A DNA stretch of 64,000 nt from Eledone cirrhosa (taxonomy: Eukaryota). Shown piece after piece: positions 30,016-40,411 of the stretch. Where the stretch lies: the NCBI GenBank assembly GCA_964016885.1, contig OZ024759.1:2790001-2854000 (forward strand). Direction: 5' to 3'. The position numbers and the translations under genes are program-made. Position 1 is the first letter of the stretch; the number at the start of each line of letters is the position of its first letter. A model generated the notes under the pieces. That model was given only the letters and a program-made list of their open reading frames with translations. It did not search any database and was not told where the DNA came from.

Positions 30016-30160
30016 ACGATGATGACGAGAGATGACAATGTGATATTAATAAGTGAACCAAGTGGTAAAACAACTGTTGAACACCAAGATGGCACAAGAA
30101 TCACGTCCTATTTTGAGAAGGTTTATATGTCGGAATTTCGCAAAATTAGCTGCCCAAACT
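30016..30160 (+). CDS. SPAG17: Internal coding exon of a SPAG17/PF6-like axonemal central-pair protein gene
   Basis: Acceptor ttttcAG ends at 30015 and donor GTAAGT starts at 30161. The peptide TMMTRDDNVILISEPSGKTTVEHQDGTRITSYFE resembles the SPAG17 TREDKV...VDHADGTRIT segment as I recall it. Ends in phase 1. Confidence 0.82.
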
Positions 30161-30313
30161 GTAAGTCTAATTATATATATATACATAATCATTATTTAAT
30201 GGCCAAAAGTAGAAACAATTATTTAATGACCATTTTCCCTTTTACATACAAATGTACATATATATATATATCCATCCATACATATATATTTATATACACA
30301 CATATCTATATGT

Positions 30314-30370
<57 letters not shown>

Positions 30371-30411
30371 GAGAGTAAAACAAAGAAGCCTTCAATACAT
30401 CAAAAGTCTTT

Positions 30412-30457
30412 ATTAGCCGACAATGTTTCGTCCTATTAAGGACTCATCAGGGCAATT
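30412..30457 (-). ncRNA. Minimal type I hammerhead ribozyme, predicted cleavage after GUC (between 30419 and 30418)
   Basis: Minus strand reads aattGCC-CTGATGA-GTCCT taat AGGAC-GAAA-Catt G-TC-GGCtaat: intact core, 5-bp stem II and a very short quasi-palindromic stem III. Confidence 0.9.
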
Positions 30458-30874
30458 AAAACAACAAGAAATAATATCGGCAGATACAAGCCGGAAGCTC
30501 CGAAGAATATGGAGTGTACATACACTAAAGTATTGCAAAAATATATAATAAAAATATATGATAAAAATTACTAAGGATGTATATAACATTAAGAACCATA
30601 TTACAAATATAGTCCAAAGCAAAAAAAAACACTAGAGCTAAACAAAGGTGGTTATATAGAGCAGGAATTATATATAATACAATATATAATATACCTTTAC
30701 CAACATTAAAATTACAATAAAAATCAAAAGATACAATATGCATATGTATATATGTGCGCACACGTACACACACATACACATACAACAATACACACATCCA
30801 TCTTCAACTGCACAAATTAAACCTTATTAAGAATTTGAATATAAAAATAAGCATGATAGGAATGAAAATAATAA

Positions 30875-33180
30875 TCATCATCATCATCATCATCATCAGC
30901 GTTTAACGTCCGTGTTCCACGCTTGCATGGGTTTGGACGGGGGTAGTCCCACTTGAGGCAAGAGTGATTGTCTTGCTCGCATAGGACTGTCTGGCAGGTT
31001 TTCTACAGTTGGATGCCCTTCCTAACACCAACCACATTTACAGTGTGGGTCTGGGAGGTTTTTACCGTGTTGCCTACACGGCCACATTACAGCGTGGACT
31101 GTGTGTTTTTTTGTCGTGACACCTACACGATCTCATTTGTTTCGGCCTCGAAGGCGCGGCACCAACATAACTTTACATAGAACGGGGTGGTGTGGATCGG
31201 GTGGGGGTGGTGGGACGGGGTGTATTTGTTAGAGATGCCTACTGGCTGGAGTAGGTTTTACTATATATTTAGGTAAGGCGGGTCTTCTCTGTTACTGAGT
31301 ACCGCCAAAGGTCTCGGTCCAGTGACATTGTCTTGGAGAGGTGTAAGTGTGTGATGTCGGAGTTTATCAGCTCGTCCCAGGTTTTTCTAGGTCTGCCTAT
31401 TCCGTGACTACCGTCTATCTTTATTGCCCTGCACTTTGTTATACAGCTATCGACTTTCATGCGCATCACGTGTCCATACCAACGTAGCCTTCTCTCGAGT
31501 AAACAACATCTGATCCCTCTTATCTCTAATTTATTCCTTAGTTCGTTTATGCTTTGCCGTTCACGTATATTACTGTTACACATCCAGCGGAGCATGCAAG
31601 CTTCGTTCCTCTCTAGTCTGCGTATATCCTCTGCACACAATGCCCAGGTCTCACTGCCATGCAGCATTGCTGTTCGTATGCAGGCATCGTACAACCTGCC
31701 TTTCATTTTTAGTGAGAACCCTTTAGCAGCTAATAGTGGTATAAGCTCTCTGAACTTTTTCCAACCAGTTCTGACTCTAGCTACAGTACTTTCAGAGCAC
31801 CCTCCCCCACTGCTGATTTTATCGCCCAGGTAACGGAAGCTGTCTACTATTTCTATAGAACCCTCTGCGCAATTGAAAGAGCTAGTATTTTGTGGGCACT
31901 TGCTGCTACTTATTGCACCAGAGCACCGGCCACATGTAAAATCTATGTTCTTAGTTAGCCTACCTGTGATCCCACTACATCTTTTATGCACCCATACTTT
32001 GCATTTAGGACATAAAATGGAGTTTCTACCTACGCCTTTCCTACACACCGAGCACGACCATTTCCCAGAAGGGACCGCCGCCTTGTTTTCTTTCCTACAA
32101 ACTAGTACTTTGGTCTTAGCCAGGTTAATTTTAAGTCCTTTTGACTCTAGGCCGTGCTTCCATGTTTGGAATTTCTTCTCTAGCTCGGCCATTGATTCCG
32201 CTATGAGTGTCAGGTCGTCTGCGTATAGGAGTTCCCATGGGCAGCCTGTCTTGAACTCCTCTGTTATGGCCTGAAGGGCAATAATAAATAGTAGTGGACT
32301 GAGAACAGAGCCCTGATGGACGCCGACTTTTACGCTAAACTCTTCACTATATTCGTTGTTAATTCTAACCTTGCTGACTGTTTCTTTATACATGGCTTGT
32401 ATAGCCCTCACAAGCCATTCGTCAACGCCTAGTTTTCTAAGAGCCCACCAGATAATGGAGCGGGGGACTCTGTCGAAGGCTTTCTCCAAGTCGACAAAAG
32501 CTAAGTAGAGGGGTTTACCTTTAGCTAGGTACTTCTCTTGTAGTTGTCGTACTATGAAAAGAGCGTCTGTGGTACTTTTGCCTGACACAAACCCGAACTG
32601 CATTTCATCTAGGTCAATTCTCTCTCTGATTAGTTGCGCTATTACTCTTTCCGTGACCTTCATGACCTGGTCGATTAATTTAATGCCTCTATAGTTACTC
32701 CTATCTAGGGCGTCTCCTTTACCCTTATAACAGTTAACGATGATGCTGCTATGCCAGTCCTTCGGAACAACCCCGTTTTGTACGACTTGGTTAACTATGC
32801 GGGTGACCATGGTGTGTCCCACCGTGCCAGATGCCTTCAGCATCTCAGCAACTATTTCCGAAGGCCCAGCCGCCTTACCAGTCTTCATATCCTTGATTGC
32901 CTTACTTATTATACTCCCCTCGACTAACACTGCTGGTCCCTCTATTGGGTCGATATGGGGGAGACTGCCTTTCTCCCAATTATTCTCCTCATTTAGAAGC
33001 CTTTCATAGTGACACTTCCAAGCTACCTTCTTATCAGCGTCGGTGATGGCAAGTGTGCCATCGTCGTTTAGTACACACTTCTCCCCGACAATATCACGGT
33101 TTTCCTTGACGCATTGCCTAGCAATCCTGAACACCTCACGTTTTTGGTCATCGCGTTGTAGAACATGCTTGAACTTTCTT
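30875..33180 (-). mobile_element. RTE-clade LINE, 5'-truncated, young, nested in the PLE 3' region
   Basis: Uninterrupted RT ORF, 3' UTR and (GAT)n tail at 30875-30897. Possible AATAATAAT target-site duplication. Confidence 0.93.
31269..33179 (-). CDS. RTE reverse transcriptase, N-terminally truncated (no endonuclease), with an inserted PHD finger
   Basis: Motifs YKGKGD, NYRGIKL, FVDLEKAFDRVP, GVHQGSVLSPLLF, LLYADD and FRYLG; C4HC3 pattern CSVC..CPKC.xxxxH.xxC..CGRC. The frame is open upstream of the GTG to 33179. Confidence 0.9.
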   Translation of the reverse strand, partial: RKFKHVLQRDDQKREVFRIARQCVKENRDIVGEKCVLNDDGTLAITDADKKVAWKCHYERLLNEENNWEKGSLPHIDPIEGPAVLVEGSIISKAIKDMKTGKAAGPSEIVAEMLKASGTVGHTMVTRIVNQVVQNGVVPKDWHSSIIVNCYKGKGDALDRSNYRGIKLIDQVMKVTERVIAQLIRERIDLDEMQFGFVSGKSTTDALFIVRQLQEKYLAKGKPLYLAFVDLEKAFDRVPRSIIWWALRKLGVDEWLVRAIQAMYKETVSKVRINNEYSEEFSVKVGVHQGSVLSPLLFIIALQAITEEFKTGCPWELLYADDLTLIAESMAELEKKFQTWKHGLESKGLKINLAKTKVLVCRKENKAAVPSGKWSCSVCRKGVGRNSILCPKCKVWVHKRCSGITGRLTKNIDFTCGRCSGAISSSKCPQNTSSFNCAEGSIEIVDSFRYLGDKISSGGGCSESTVARVRTGWKKFRELIPLLAAKGFSLKMKGRLYDACIRTAMLHGSETWALCAEDIRRLERNEACMLRWMCNSNIRERQSINELRNKLEIRGIRCCLLERRLRWYGHVMRMKVDSCITKCRAIKIDGSHGIGRPRKTWDELINSDITHLHLSKTMSLDRDLWRYSVTEKTRLT

Positions 33181-34558
33181 TATAATAATAATAATATTAC
33201 TAATACGTCTACCCAATATACATGAGGTAATAATATGATATAATTATAAGTAGCACATATAATATATAATAAATAATACAGTTATATACTATATAATACA
33301 ATATAATAGGATAGATAATCTCCGGTTAATTTACACAAACAATATAGATGTCACAATAATAATACAATAATAATATATTAACATTTACAATATACAATAT
33401 ACTAACATTTATCATAAACAATATAAATGTACTCAAGTTAACAAATCAGTTCATATTGGGTTACAGAGTAGGTGAGGAAAAATAAATTGTACAATACCTC
33501 AAACAAATTTTGATGGTACAGAAGTACAAACATCTTACATGATATATAAAGTTTAACATATCATAAAGTTACATATAATTAACAGTAAGTAATAAGGATC
33601 AATATTACAATAAAAAATACAATATAATATAATATATTATATAAAATAAATTAATACAATATAATATATAATTACTTATAATTACAAGGTTGGTAGACAG
33701 ACATGTATATGGATGAGTGAGTAAGTGCCAGACAGTAAATATAATGCACAGTAGTATTACAAATAAAATATAAAATATAAAATATAAAATATAGAATAAA
33801 ATAAATAAATAGAATCAACCGGAAATTAAAAAACAAAAACAAACGTATACATTTAGGTCTCACATGCAGTTAAGTAGTTAAGTAAAAGCTAAGGAAACAA
33901 CCCCTGTAAATGACTCGAAAAGCCTATTTGATAAATTAATATTAAAAATATTTAAACTATCCAATAAGGCAGTATAATATTAGCTATAGTTTAAGTCATT
34001 AAAGTTTATAAACGTTAATATTTCGTTCCAAATGTTTACAAAAAGGAATGAAATTTTTTTATTATCATATACATAACGATATCCAAAGAACTGACTTAAG
34101 CAGAATCAAGGTAGGCTAATAGGGACAGAAATGAAGAAATGTATGGAGGATGCAAAGGGGCATAAAATATAGTCGATATACTATATTACATAATAGAAAG
34201 GAGCGTAAAGGAGGGGGGGTTAAATATAATATAATCATAGTCAATTTGGAGGGGTTGACAATAAGTTTATGTGCGTATGGGGGTGGTGGAAGAGGGAGGG
34301 GGTTCCAAAGAAGAATCCAAATAAAAATAAAAATAAGAATAAAATAAAATGAATAGCGTAAAATATATAATCTTATATACATTCATAAGGTGTAACAGTG
34401 AAAATTTAATGCGTAAGAAGATAGATATGGTACAGTAGCCAAAAGATTATGAGAGCTAGAATGAAGAGTCATCAAAAACCAATGATAATAATGATGTTAA
34501 CAATAATGTTGGCAAACAAAAAGACCTAAACTAAAAAATAAATAATGGAATATATCAG

Positions 34559-37126
34559 CTAATGGGTACAATTTATACTACTAGAACGTTTAGGTTTATA
34601 ATAAAAGTATGAATTAGAAATAGCATGGGGGCAAGAAGAGAATATCTCAGACTTTCTATTAAGTAAAGATGCGCTAGAGAAGATTATAGAGTGTGTCTCG
34701 AGGATACAGAGATTACAAAACTTAGTATGTGTAGAAAGGTGGTTAGAGCGTGCTACTAAACGCCAGTTAAGGCTATATGGTATATTAGCTATCTTAAGAT
34801 CCCAGATATAATGTGCTAAAGAAGTAGAATTCTTAAACTTAACATGCTTGAAATTAGAGATATGAGAGTTAAACCTAGTCTTAAAAGTGTTAGATGTAGA
34901 GCCTATATAAGTTCTATTAGAGGAATTAGTTATAACTTCGCAAGCATAGACAATGTTCTTAGAAAGGCAGTTACCGTTTAAAGGGCAGTTAGCACTCACT
35001 CTACAATTGCACTTCTGGGTGTTATTGGTTGACTCAAGTGGTGATGCATTACACGTAGGATTGCTATTAGATAAGGACTGTTCTGGTGGTAATGCATTGC
35101 CAGATCTGTTTGGACTAGTAGTATGTAGAGAGGAGAATCCATCCCTAATTTTCTTATTGTTAGTGCTAGCTAAATGAGAACTAATATTAGGGGTGGTAGA
35201 GAATGAAAGTTTAATAACATTTTTATTAAAAATACTATGGTATTTATGAGAAGGGGGGAAATTTTTCTCTAAGATAGAGAAGAAAGACCTAGGGATATTA
35301 GTTGATACATCCTGATTATATGGCGGGTTAAAATAAGTATTTAATCGCCTTCTATTTTTATTCTTACCGACTCTACCATTATCAAATATCCCACCATCGA
35401 GACTAGGGTTACTACAAGGATTAGTTAAAGCCGCATTCATAGAATCAGCCAAAATTTCATTAAGTCTATTACAGTTTCTACCTCCAGTAGATCTGCTGCT
35501 GTCCGGAATCCCATCATAAGGATCAGGGCCAATGATAGGATCAGTAGGAGCAACATTATCAGAATAAGATCCAGCTAAATTATCACCAATGTGTGAGCGC
35601 TCAGGGGGTTCAACTTGTTTCCTAGAGGTATTATATTCACTATTGCGGGTTCGGTGGGTTAACTTATGGGTGGGTTCAGATACACCTATATAATTTTTAC
35701 GGTTACTATGTTTGCTACTCACATTCATGGCCATGTTATGTGATATTATGTTATTATTACTAAAAGCAGACGGAGACTTTCTAAGGTTACTATTATTATA
35801 GTGTATTTTACTAGAGTAACCTGAATTTGCTAGGGCATTATTATAGTACTCCGCATGTTCATTAAATGTTCCTACATCCTTAGAGAGTGTGGAAATCCTA
35901 TTAGATACACCCTTAATTATAGAGCTTATCATAGACTTGGGGTGGTTTGAATTGGGACTAACATAAGAAAGTATTTCATTAGGCTTATGGAAGGGTTTAA
36001 AACTATTAGTGACCAAGTCTAAAGTCACATCTAAAAAGTTAACCGCTCTATCATTTCTATCTATCGTGATCGAAAGGTTATAGCTTTTAAAAAACTTATA
36101 AAGCTTCTTCTTATTATGTTCTACATTGTTGGTGCTAGAGTTAATTACAAACAATGCATCATCACGATATAGTCCGCCTATAAGGTGCGGGAAGGTAGCA
36201 TATATTTCATTAAGGAGGAACAACCCAACAAGATCAGTAACCTGGGCCGAATCACTCGAACCCATTATAACGTCGAAATTGTTGGGCGTGTTTTTACGGA
36301 TCCAAAATGTGTCCTCAAATTTAATAATAGTTTTACGGGCTGCTAGTATAATATCTACCTGTGATCGTGTAAGGCTGGACACTCTCATGGCCAACATTAA
36401 AGCTTTATTGAGGAGGATGGGTGAAATTGATGTGTAGTAGGCATCAATATCGAATTGGATAAACTTATTAGATTCAAGTCTATTAATCCCGGAGAACCAA
36501 TCTATAACTTCCTTAGTGTTCCCCCATAGGTTAAAATTAACCTTATCCCTAACATCTGGTATAATAAGGTCAAGGATGTTTTTACTGATAATGGCTATAT
36601 CAGACTTAGAAGGACAGATGAGTCTAACAGAGGGGTTACTAATAAAATCAACCTTATGATCCTTAAGAGTGAATCTCGGTTCTCGAGGGTAATATGGCTG
36701 GGTATACTTATCGAGGCCGAGGTCAGAGACAATTCTAAGGCCATCACTATTGATGTGGTTCAAATTTTCAAGTGTAGTTTTTTTATAGTTTCTATGCAGC
36801 TCCTTATAAATAAAGTCGCGGTAAGCACTATAATCCATGGAGTATAGATTTTTAGTCTTATCCGCCGGGACAAGAATGGACTTATTCTCACCGAAACCCT
36901 TAACAATATTTTTAAGTCTAGACTGGAACTTATCAAAATTATTATAATTTCTATGTCTATTATTTGGCCTATACCTAATATTTTTGACAAGAGAGAGTAA
37001 GTCACTTTCAAAACTATCTAACAGAATATTGTGTGGTGGGCTCTTATAAGTTTTGAAGCCATAGTTATTAAAAATAGTTCTATTCCTGGGGTCCTTCCTA
37101 TTCTTATTATTATCATAGTGGAAAGC
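34559..37126 (-). CDS. Penelope-like RT-GIY-YIG protein, about 855 open codons, N-terminus missing
   Basis: The frame stays open upstream of the 36838 ATG (AFHY..YGFKT..PP..FESDL..ILVPADK). RT motifs FIQFDIDAYYTSI, MGSSDSAQ, GLYRDD and NFLDVTL; linker CNC-x5-CPLNGNC; endonuclease NIVY..TYIGST..FKTRFNSH..CNLCILE..LLNRKSE. Confidence 0.92.
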   Translation of the reverse strand, partial: AFHYDNNKNRKDPRNRTIFNNYGFKTYKSPPHNILLDSFESDLLSLVKNIRYRPNNRHRNYNNFDKFQSRLKNIVKGFGENKSILVPADKTKNLYSMDYSAYRDFIYKELHRNYKKTTLENLNHINSDGLRIVSDLGLDKYTQPYYPREPRFTLKDHKVDFISNPSVRLICPSKSDIAIISKNILDLIIPDVRDKVNFNLWGNTKEVIDWFSGINRLESNKFIQFDIDAYYTSISPILLNKALMLAMRVSSLTRSQVDIILAARKTIIKFEDTFWIRKNTPNNFDVIMGSSDSAQVTDLVGLFLLNEIYATFPHLIGGLYRDDALFVINSSTNNVEHNKKKLYKFFKSYNLSITIDRNDRAVNFLDVTLDLVTNSFKPFHKPNEILSYVSPNSNHPKSMISSIIKGVSNRISTLSKDVGTFNEHAEYYNNALANSGYSSKIHYNNSNLRKSPSAFSNNNIISHNMAMNVSSKHSNRKNYIGVSEPTHKLTHRTRNSEYNTSRKQVEPPERSHIGDNLAGSYSDNVAPTDPIIGPDPYDGIPDSSRSTGGRNCNRLNEILADSMNAALTNPCSNPSLDGGIFDNGRVGKNKNRRRLNTYFNPPYNQDVSTNIPRSFFSILEKNFPPSHKYHSIFNKNVIKLSFSTTPNISSHLASTNNKKIRDGFSSLHTTSPNRSGNALPPEQSLSNSNPTCNASPLESTNNTQKCNCRVSANCPLNGNCLSKNIVYACEVITNSSNRTYIGSTSNTFKTRFNSHISNFKHVKFKNSTSLAHYIWDLKIANIPYSLNWRLVARSNHLSTHTKFCNLCILETHSIIFSSASLLNRKSEIFSSCPHAISNSYFYYKPKRSSSINCTH

Positions 37127-37132
37127 ACTATA

Positions 37133-37170
37133 TATTACATAACTATATATATATATATAGTTATGTAATA
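37133..37170. repeat. Perfect 38-bp palindrome centred on (TA)n at the PLE 5' junction
   Basis: TATTACATAAC-(TA)8-GTTATGTAATA. Confidence 0.9.
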
Positions 37171-37188
37171 AACAACATAAGATAATTA

Positions 37189-37248
37189 TTTCTTTTACCA
37201 GTGGTTTCTTGAAAGCAAATAAATCTGCTTTAAGTCGTCAGAATGAAA
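37189..37248 (-). ncRNA. Degenerate type I hammerhead ribozyme motif
   Basis: Minus strand reads tttcatt-CTGACGA-cttAAAGCA gatttatt TGCTTTcaa-GAAA-CC act GG-TA-aaagaaa. The core is intact, but the base of stem II and one stem I pair are mismatched. Confidence 0.6.
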
Positions 37249-37574
37249 AAAACATGGTGTTTTTATTAAATTTGGATTTGAAAACAAAAATATAAGAAAT
37301 ATGAAAGTGAGGCTGGGGAAGCAACGAGTGAAGAAGAAATAAGCTGTCACATAGGCGTATATGTATCAACCAGCATAGACAAATACATACATATACATGA
37401 AGTCATAATAAATAAATGGGTCTATATAGTCTAACTCAGTACTGAAGTGGGGCTACTGACCTCCCAGACAAACCAAGGGGTCTGCATCCTGCTTATGTAC
37501 AGTCTTTTATATATATATGTGTGTGAGTGCATGTGTGTAGTGTGTGTGAGTGCATATATGTGTATAAATGTAAA

Positions 37575-37968
37575 CAAGATTATTAACCATCTTTCCAAAA
37601 ACCCTGAGCACCTTTTTTATTCCATGTGTCTAACACACGTGAACATGCCTACAAAGTCAGAAAACAGCACAGCTCCCATGACTTTCGGAAACATTTTATC
37701 AAGATTAGTGTTGGTGAAGCATGGAACAAACTACCTGCATCAGTTGTTAGCTGCTGAGACACTGCATCCTTTAAAACCTCCATGCTTCCTGAGATTCGCC
37801 AACACTACACCTAATATACCCCCTCTGTACACATGCACACATGTATAACATGACTCATACACTGTTCACTTTCCTGACATTTGTACATTATTCTATGTAC
37901 TATACATGCAGCTTTGATGGGTTGTAGTGCACCTGAGCAGTGTACATAATAACTTTCATTATTATTAT
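37575..37968 (+). mobile_element. CR1-type LINE 3' end fragment
   Basis: Translates to TREHAYKVRKQHSSHDFRKHF..EAWNKLPASVV..SFK, the typical CR1/L2 C-terminus, followed by a 3' UTR and an ATT tail. Confidence 0.75.
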
Positions 37969-37971
37969 ATA

Positions 37972-38898
37972 TGGTGGTGGATTGGCAGTATCGGTAGAGG
38001 GTCAGATGCCATGCTTTGCAGCACAGTTACGTCTCTTTACGAACTGAGTTCAAATCCCGCCAAGGTTAACTTTGCCTTTCATCCTTACGGGGTCAATAAA
38101 ATAAAGTTCCAGTAATGTACTGGGTAATTGCTGGCCTTGTGCCAAAAGTAGAAACAATTATTATTATATATATAGGGCGGTGGATTGGCAGTAGAGGGTC
38201 GGACGCCATGCTTTGACGTATAGAGTTACAGCCCTTGACATTCTGAGTTCAAATCCTGCCGAGGTTAACTTTGCCTTTCATCCTTACGGGGTCGATAAAA
38301 TAAAGTACCAGTAATGCACTGGGTAATTGCTGGCCTTGTGCCAAACGTAGAAACAATTATTATTATATATATATAATAACCAGGTTAATAGTTGCCAGAC
38401 AGCGACCTTTGAATTACATATGATCTCCACGAGATATCTTTGTTCAAGGAAAAATGTTACACAGATCTTCCAAGCTTTCATCAAATAGCAGAATTATAGT
38501 TTTACCTATCACTGAAAAAATAAAACAATATAAATAATAATTGTTTCTACTTTTGGCACAAGGCCAGCAATTATCCCAATGTATTACTGGTACTTTATTT
38601 TATCAACCCCGTAAGGGTGAAATGCAAAGTTAACCTCGGTGGGGTTTGAACTTAGACTGTAAAGGGCCGTAACTCTATGCTGCAAAGCATGGCGTCCGAC
38701 CCTCTACCAATACTGCCAATCCACCGACCGCCCTTGAAATAATAATAATAATTGTTTCTACTTTAGGCACAAGGCCAGCAATTATCCCAGTGTATTACTG
38801 GTACTTTATTTTATCACCCCCGTAAGGATGAAAGGCAAAGTTAAATAATTGTTTCTACTCTAGCCACAAGGCCAGCAATTACCCAGTACATTACTGGT
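37972..38898. mobile_element. Cluster of tRNA-derived SINEs: two + copies (about 37972-38165 and 38176-38365) and three - copies or fragments (about 38535-38735, 38740-38845 and 38846-38898)
   Basis: A-box-like TGGCAGTATCGG, B-box GAGTTCAAATCC, central GCCTTTCATCCTTACGGGGTCGATAAAATAAAGTACC (resembles the Meta/MESC SINE domain, from memory), and an ATT tail. Confidence 0.85.
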
Positions 38899-38914
38899 AA
38901 TGGTTTCTAACATA

Positions 38915-39604
38915 AGCACAAAAAGTTCAGAGAGCTTATACCGCTGTTGGCCACCAAAGGTTTCTCCCTAAAAATGAAAGGCAGATTGTATGATGCTTGT
39001 ATACGAACAGCAATGTTACATGGCAGTGAGACCTGGGCATTGTGTACAGAGGACCTGTACAGATTGGAAAGAAATGAAGCATGCATGCTCTGATGGATGT
39101 GTAATAGTAATATACATGAACAGCAATGTGTAAATGAACTGAGAGAGAAACTAGGTATAAGAGGGATCAGATGCAATATTCTAGAGAGGAGATTGAGTTG
39201 GTATAGTCATGTGATGTGTATGAAGGATGACAGCTGTATAAAAAGGTGCAGGGCGATCAAAGTTGATGGAAGTCTTGGAGTAGGTAGAACCAGGAAGACC
39301 TGGGACGAGTTGATAAAAGGTGACCTTGCAAATCTGAACCTCTCAAAGTCTCAAACATACACCCAGTAGGCATCTCTTAATCCACTATACCCCCTTTCCA
39401 CTTCTGCCCACACCACCCTCACTCTGTAAAGTTACGTTGGCACCCAGCACACACTGTAAAATGGTTGTCATTAGGAAGTGCATCCAGCTGTAGAGATCTA
39501 GCCAGATATATGAGCAAGACACAGTCACCCGACCCAACTTGCCTCTAATGGGACAAACCCATCTAACCCATACTTGCATGGAAAATTGACGTTAAATGAT
39601 GATT
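38915..39604 (+). mobile_element. RTE LINE 3' fragment with the long 3' UTR
   Basis: KFRELIPLL..GRLYDACIRTAMLHGSETWAL..RKTWDELI, with an internal stop; ends GACGTTAAATGATGAT. Confidence 0.88.
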
Positions 39605-39905
39605 CACAAGGCCAGCAATTTTGGGGGAGGGGAAAGTCAATTAAATTGACCTCAGTATGTGACTGGTACTTTATTTTATCAACCCTGTAAGGGTGAAAGG
39701 TAAAGCCAACCTTGGTGGGATTTGAACTCAGACCGTAAAAGGCCGTAACCCTATGCTACAAAGCATGGTGTCCAACACTCTACCGATTCTGCCAATCAAT
39801 AATAATGATGATGGGTTCTGATTTAGGCACAAGGCCAGCAATTTGGGTTGGGGGTCGATTACATTGATCCCAGTACTTAATTGGTAGTTTATTTTATCAA
39901 CCTCG
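39605..39905 (-). mobile_element. Two further SINE copies or fragments of the same family
   Basis: Same motifs as at 38535-38735. Confidence 0.75.
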
Positions 39906-40411
39906 AAAAGACAGAGAATATAAAGAACCAAAATAAATACCACAAGGCACCCAACACCCTAACATTTTCCAATACAATGCAAATACAGATTATAACAATT
40001 TATGATAATACAAAACATACTACATTTTATAGATCACATTTAGAGCTTAACAAAGATTTTGGGAGGTGGGCTGGATTAGAAATATTTTTATACCTTGTGG
40101 GCCAAGATGAATAAAAGGAAACCAGGATCATACAAGGCTGTGAGTAAAAGTTTTTTAAAAAAATTACTTTAAAGTTTTTCCTCATGAGTAATACAGGTTA
40201 AAAAGATAGAGAATGGAGGACTATATATCATCATCATCGTTTAAGGTTCATCTTCCACGTTAGCATGGGTTAGACAGTTTTGTTCCATATGATGTGGGAA
40301 TGGTCGGCAGATCGTGTCTCACTCATACAGAAGTGTCTCATATATATATGGCTTAAGAGGGTGTTTGCATAATTGCAAACAAATCGAATATTATTATTAA
40401 TATTCGAAAAA

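Larger units (their letters stand above)
30367..37132 (-). mobile_element. Penelope-like retroelement (RT + C-terminal GIY-YIG), 5'-truncated, long AT-rich 3' region interrupted by an RTE, (TA)n at both ends
   Basis: PLE ORF at 34559-37126. Hammerhead plus AATAAA near the distal end on the same strand. TA tracts at about 30331-30366 and 37144-37159. Continuity of the 3' region across the RTE is inferred. Confidence 0.8.

Noticed and set aside
30161-30378. ORF-track extensions of the exons (30019-30378 and 46648-47538) as single-exon genes
   Set aside because: The extensions run through (TA)n or (TG)n microsatellites beyond clear splice sites.
37440-37475. Possible sixth hammerhead (CTGAAGT-GGGG..CCTCC-CAGACA)
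   Set aside because: Both core segments deviate from consensus and no stem I or III is evident.
40030-40146. Possible extra SPAG17 exon (ttttatAG ... GTGAGT)
   Set aside because: There is a stop in the required phase, and the two called exons already join in frame with plausible spacing.
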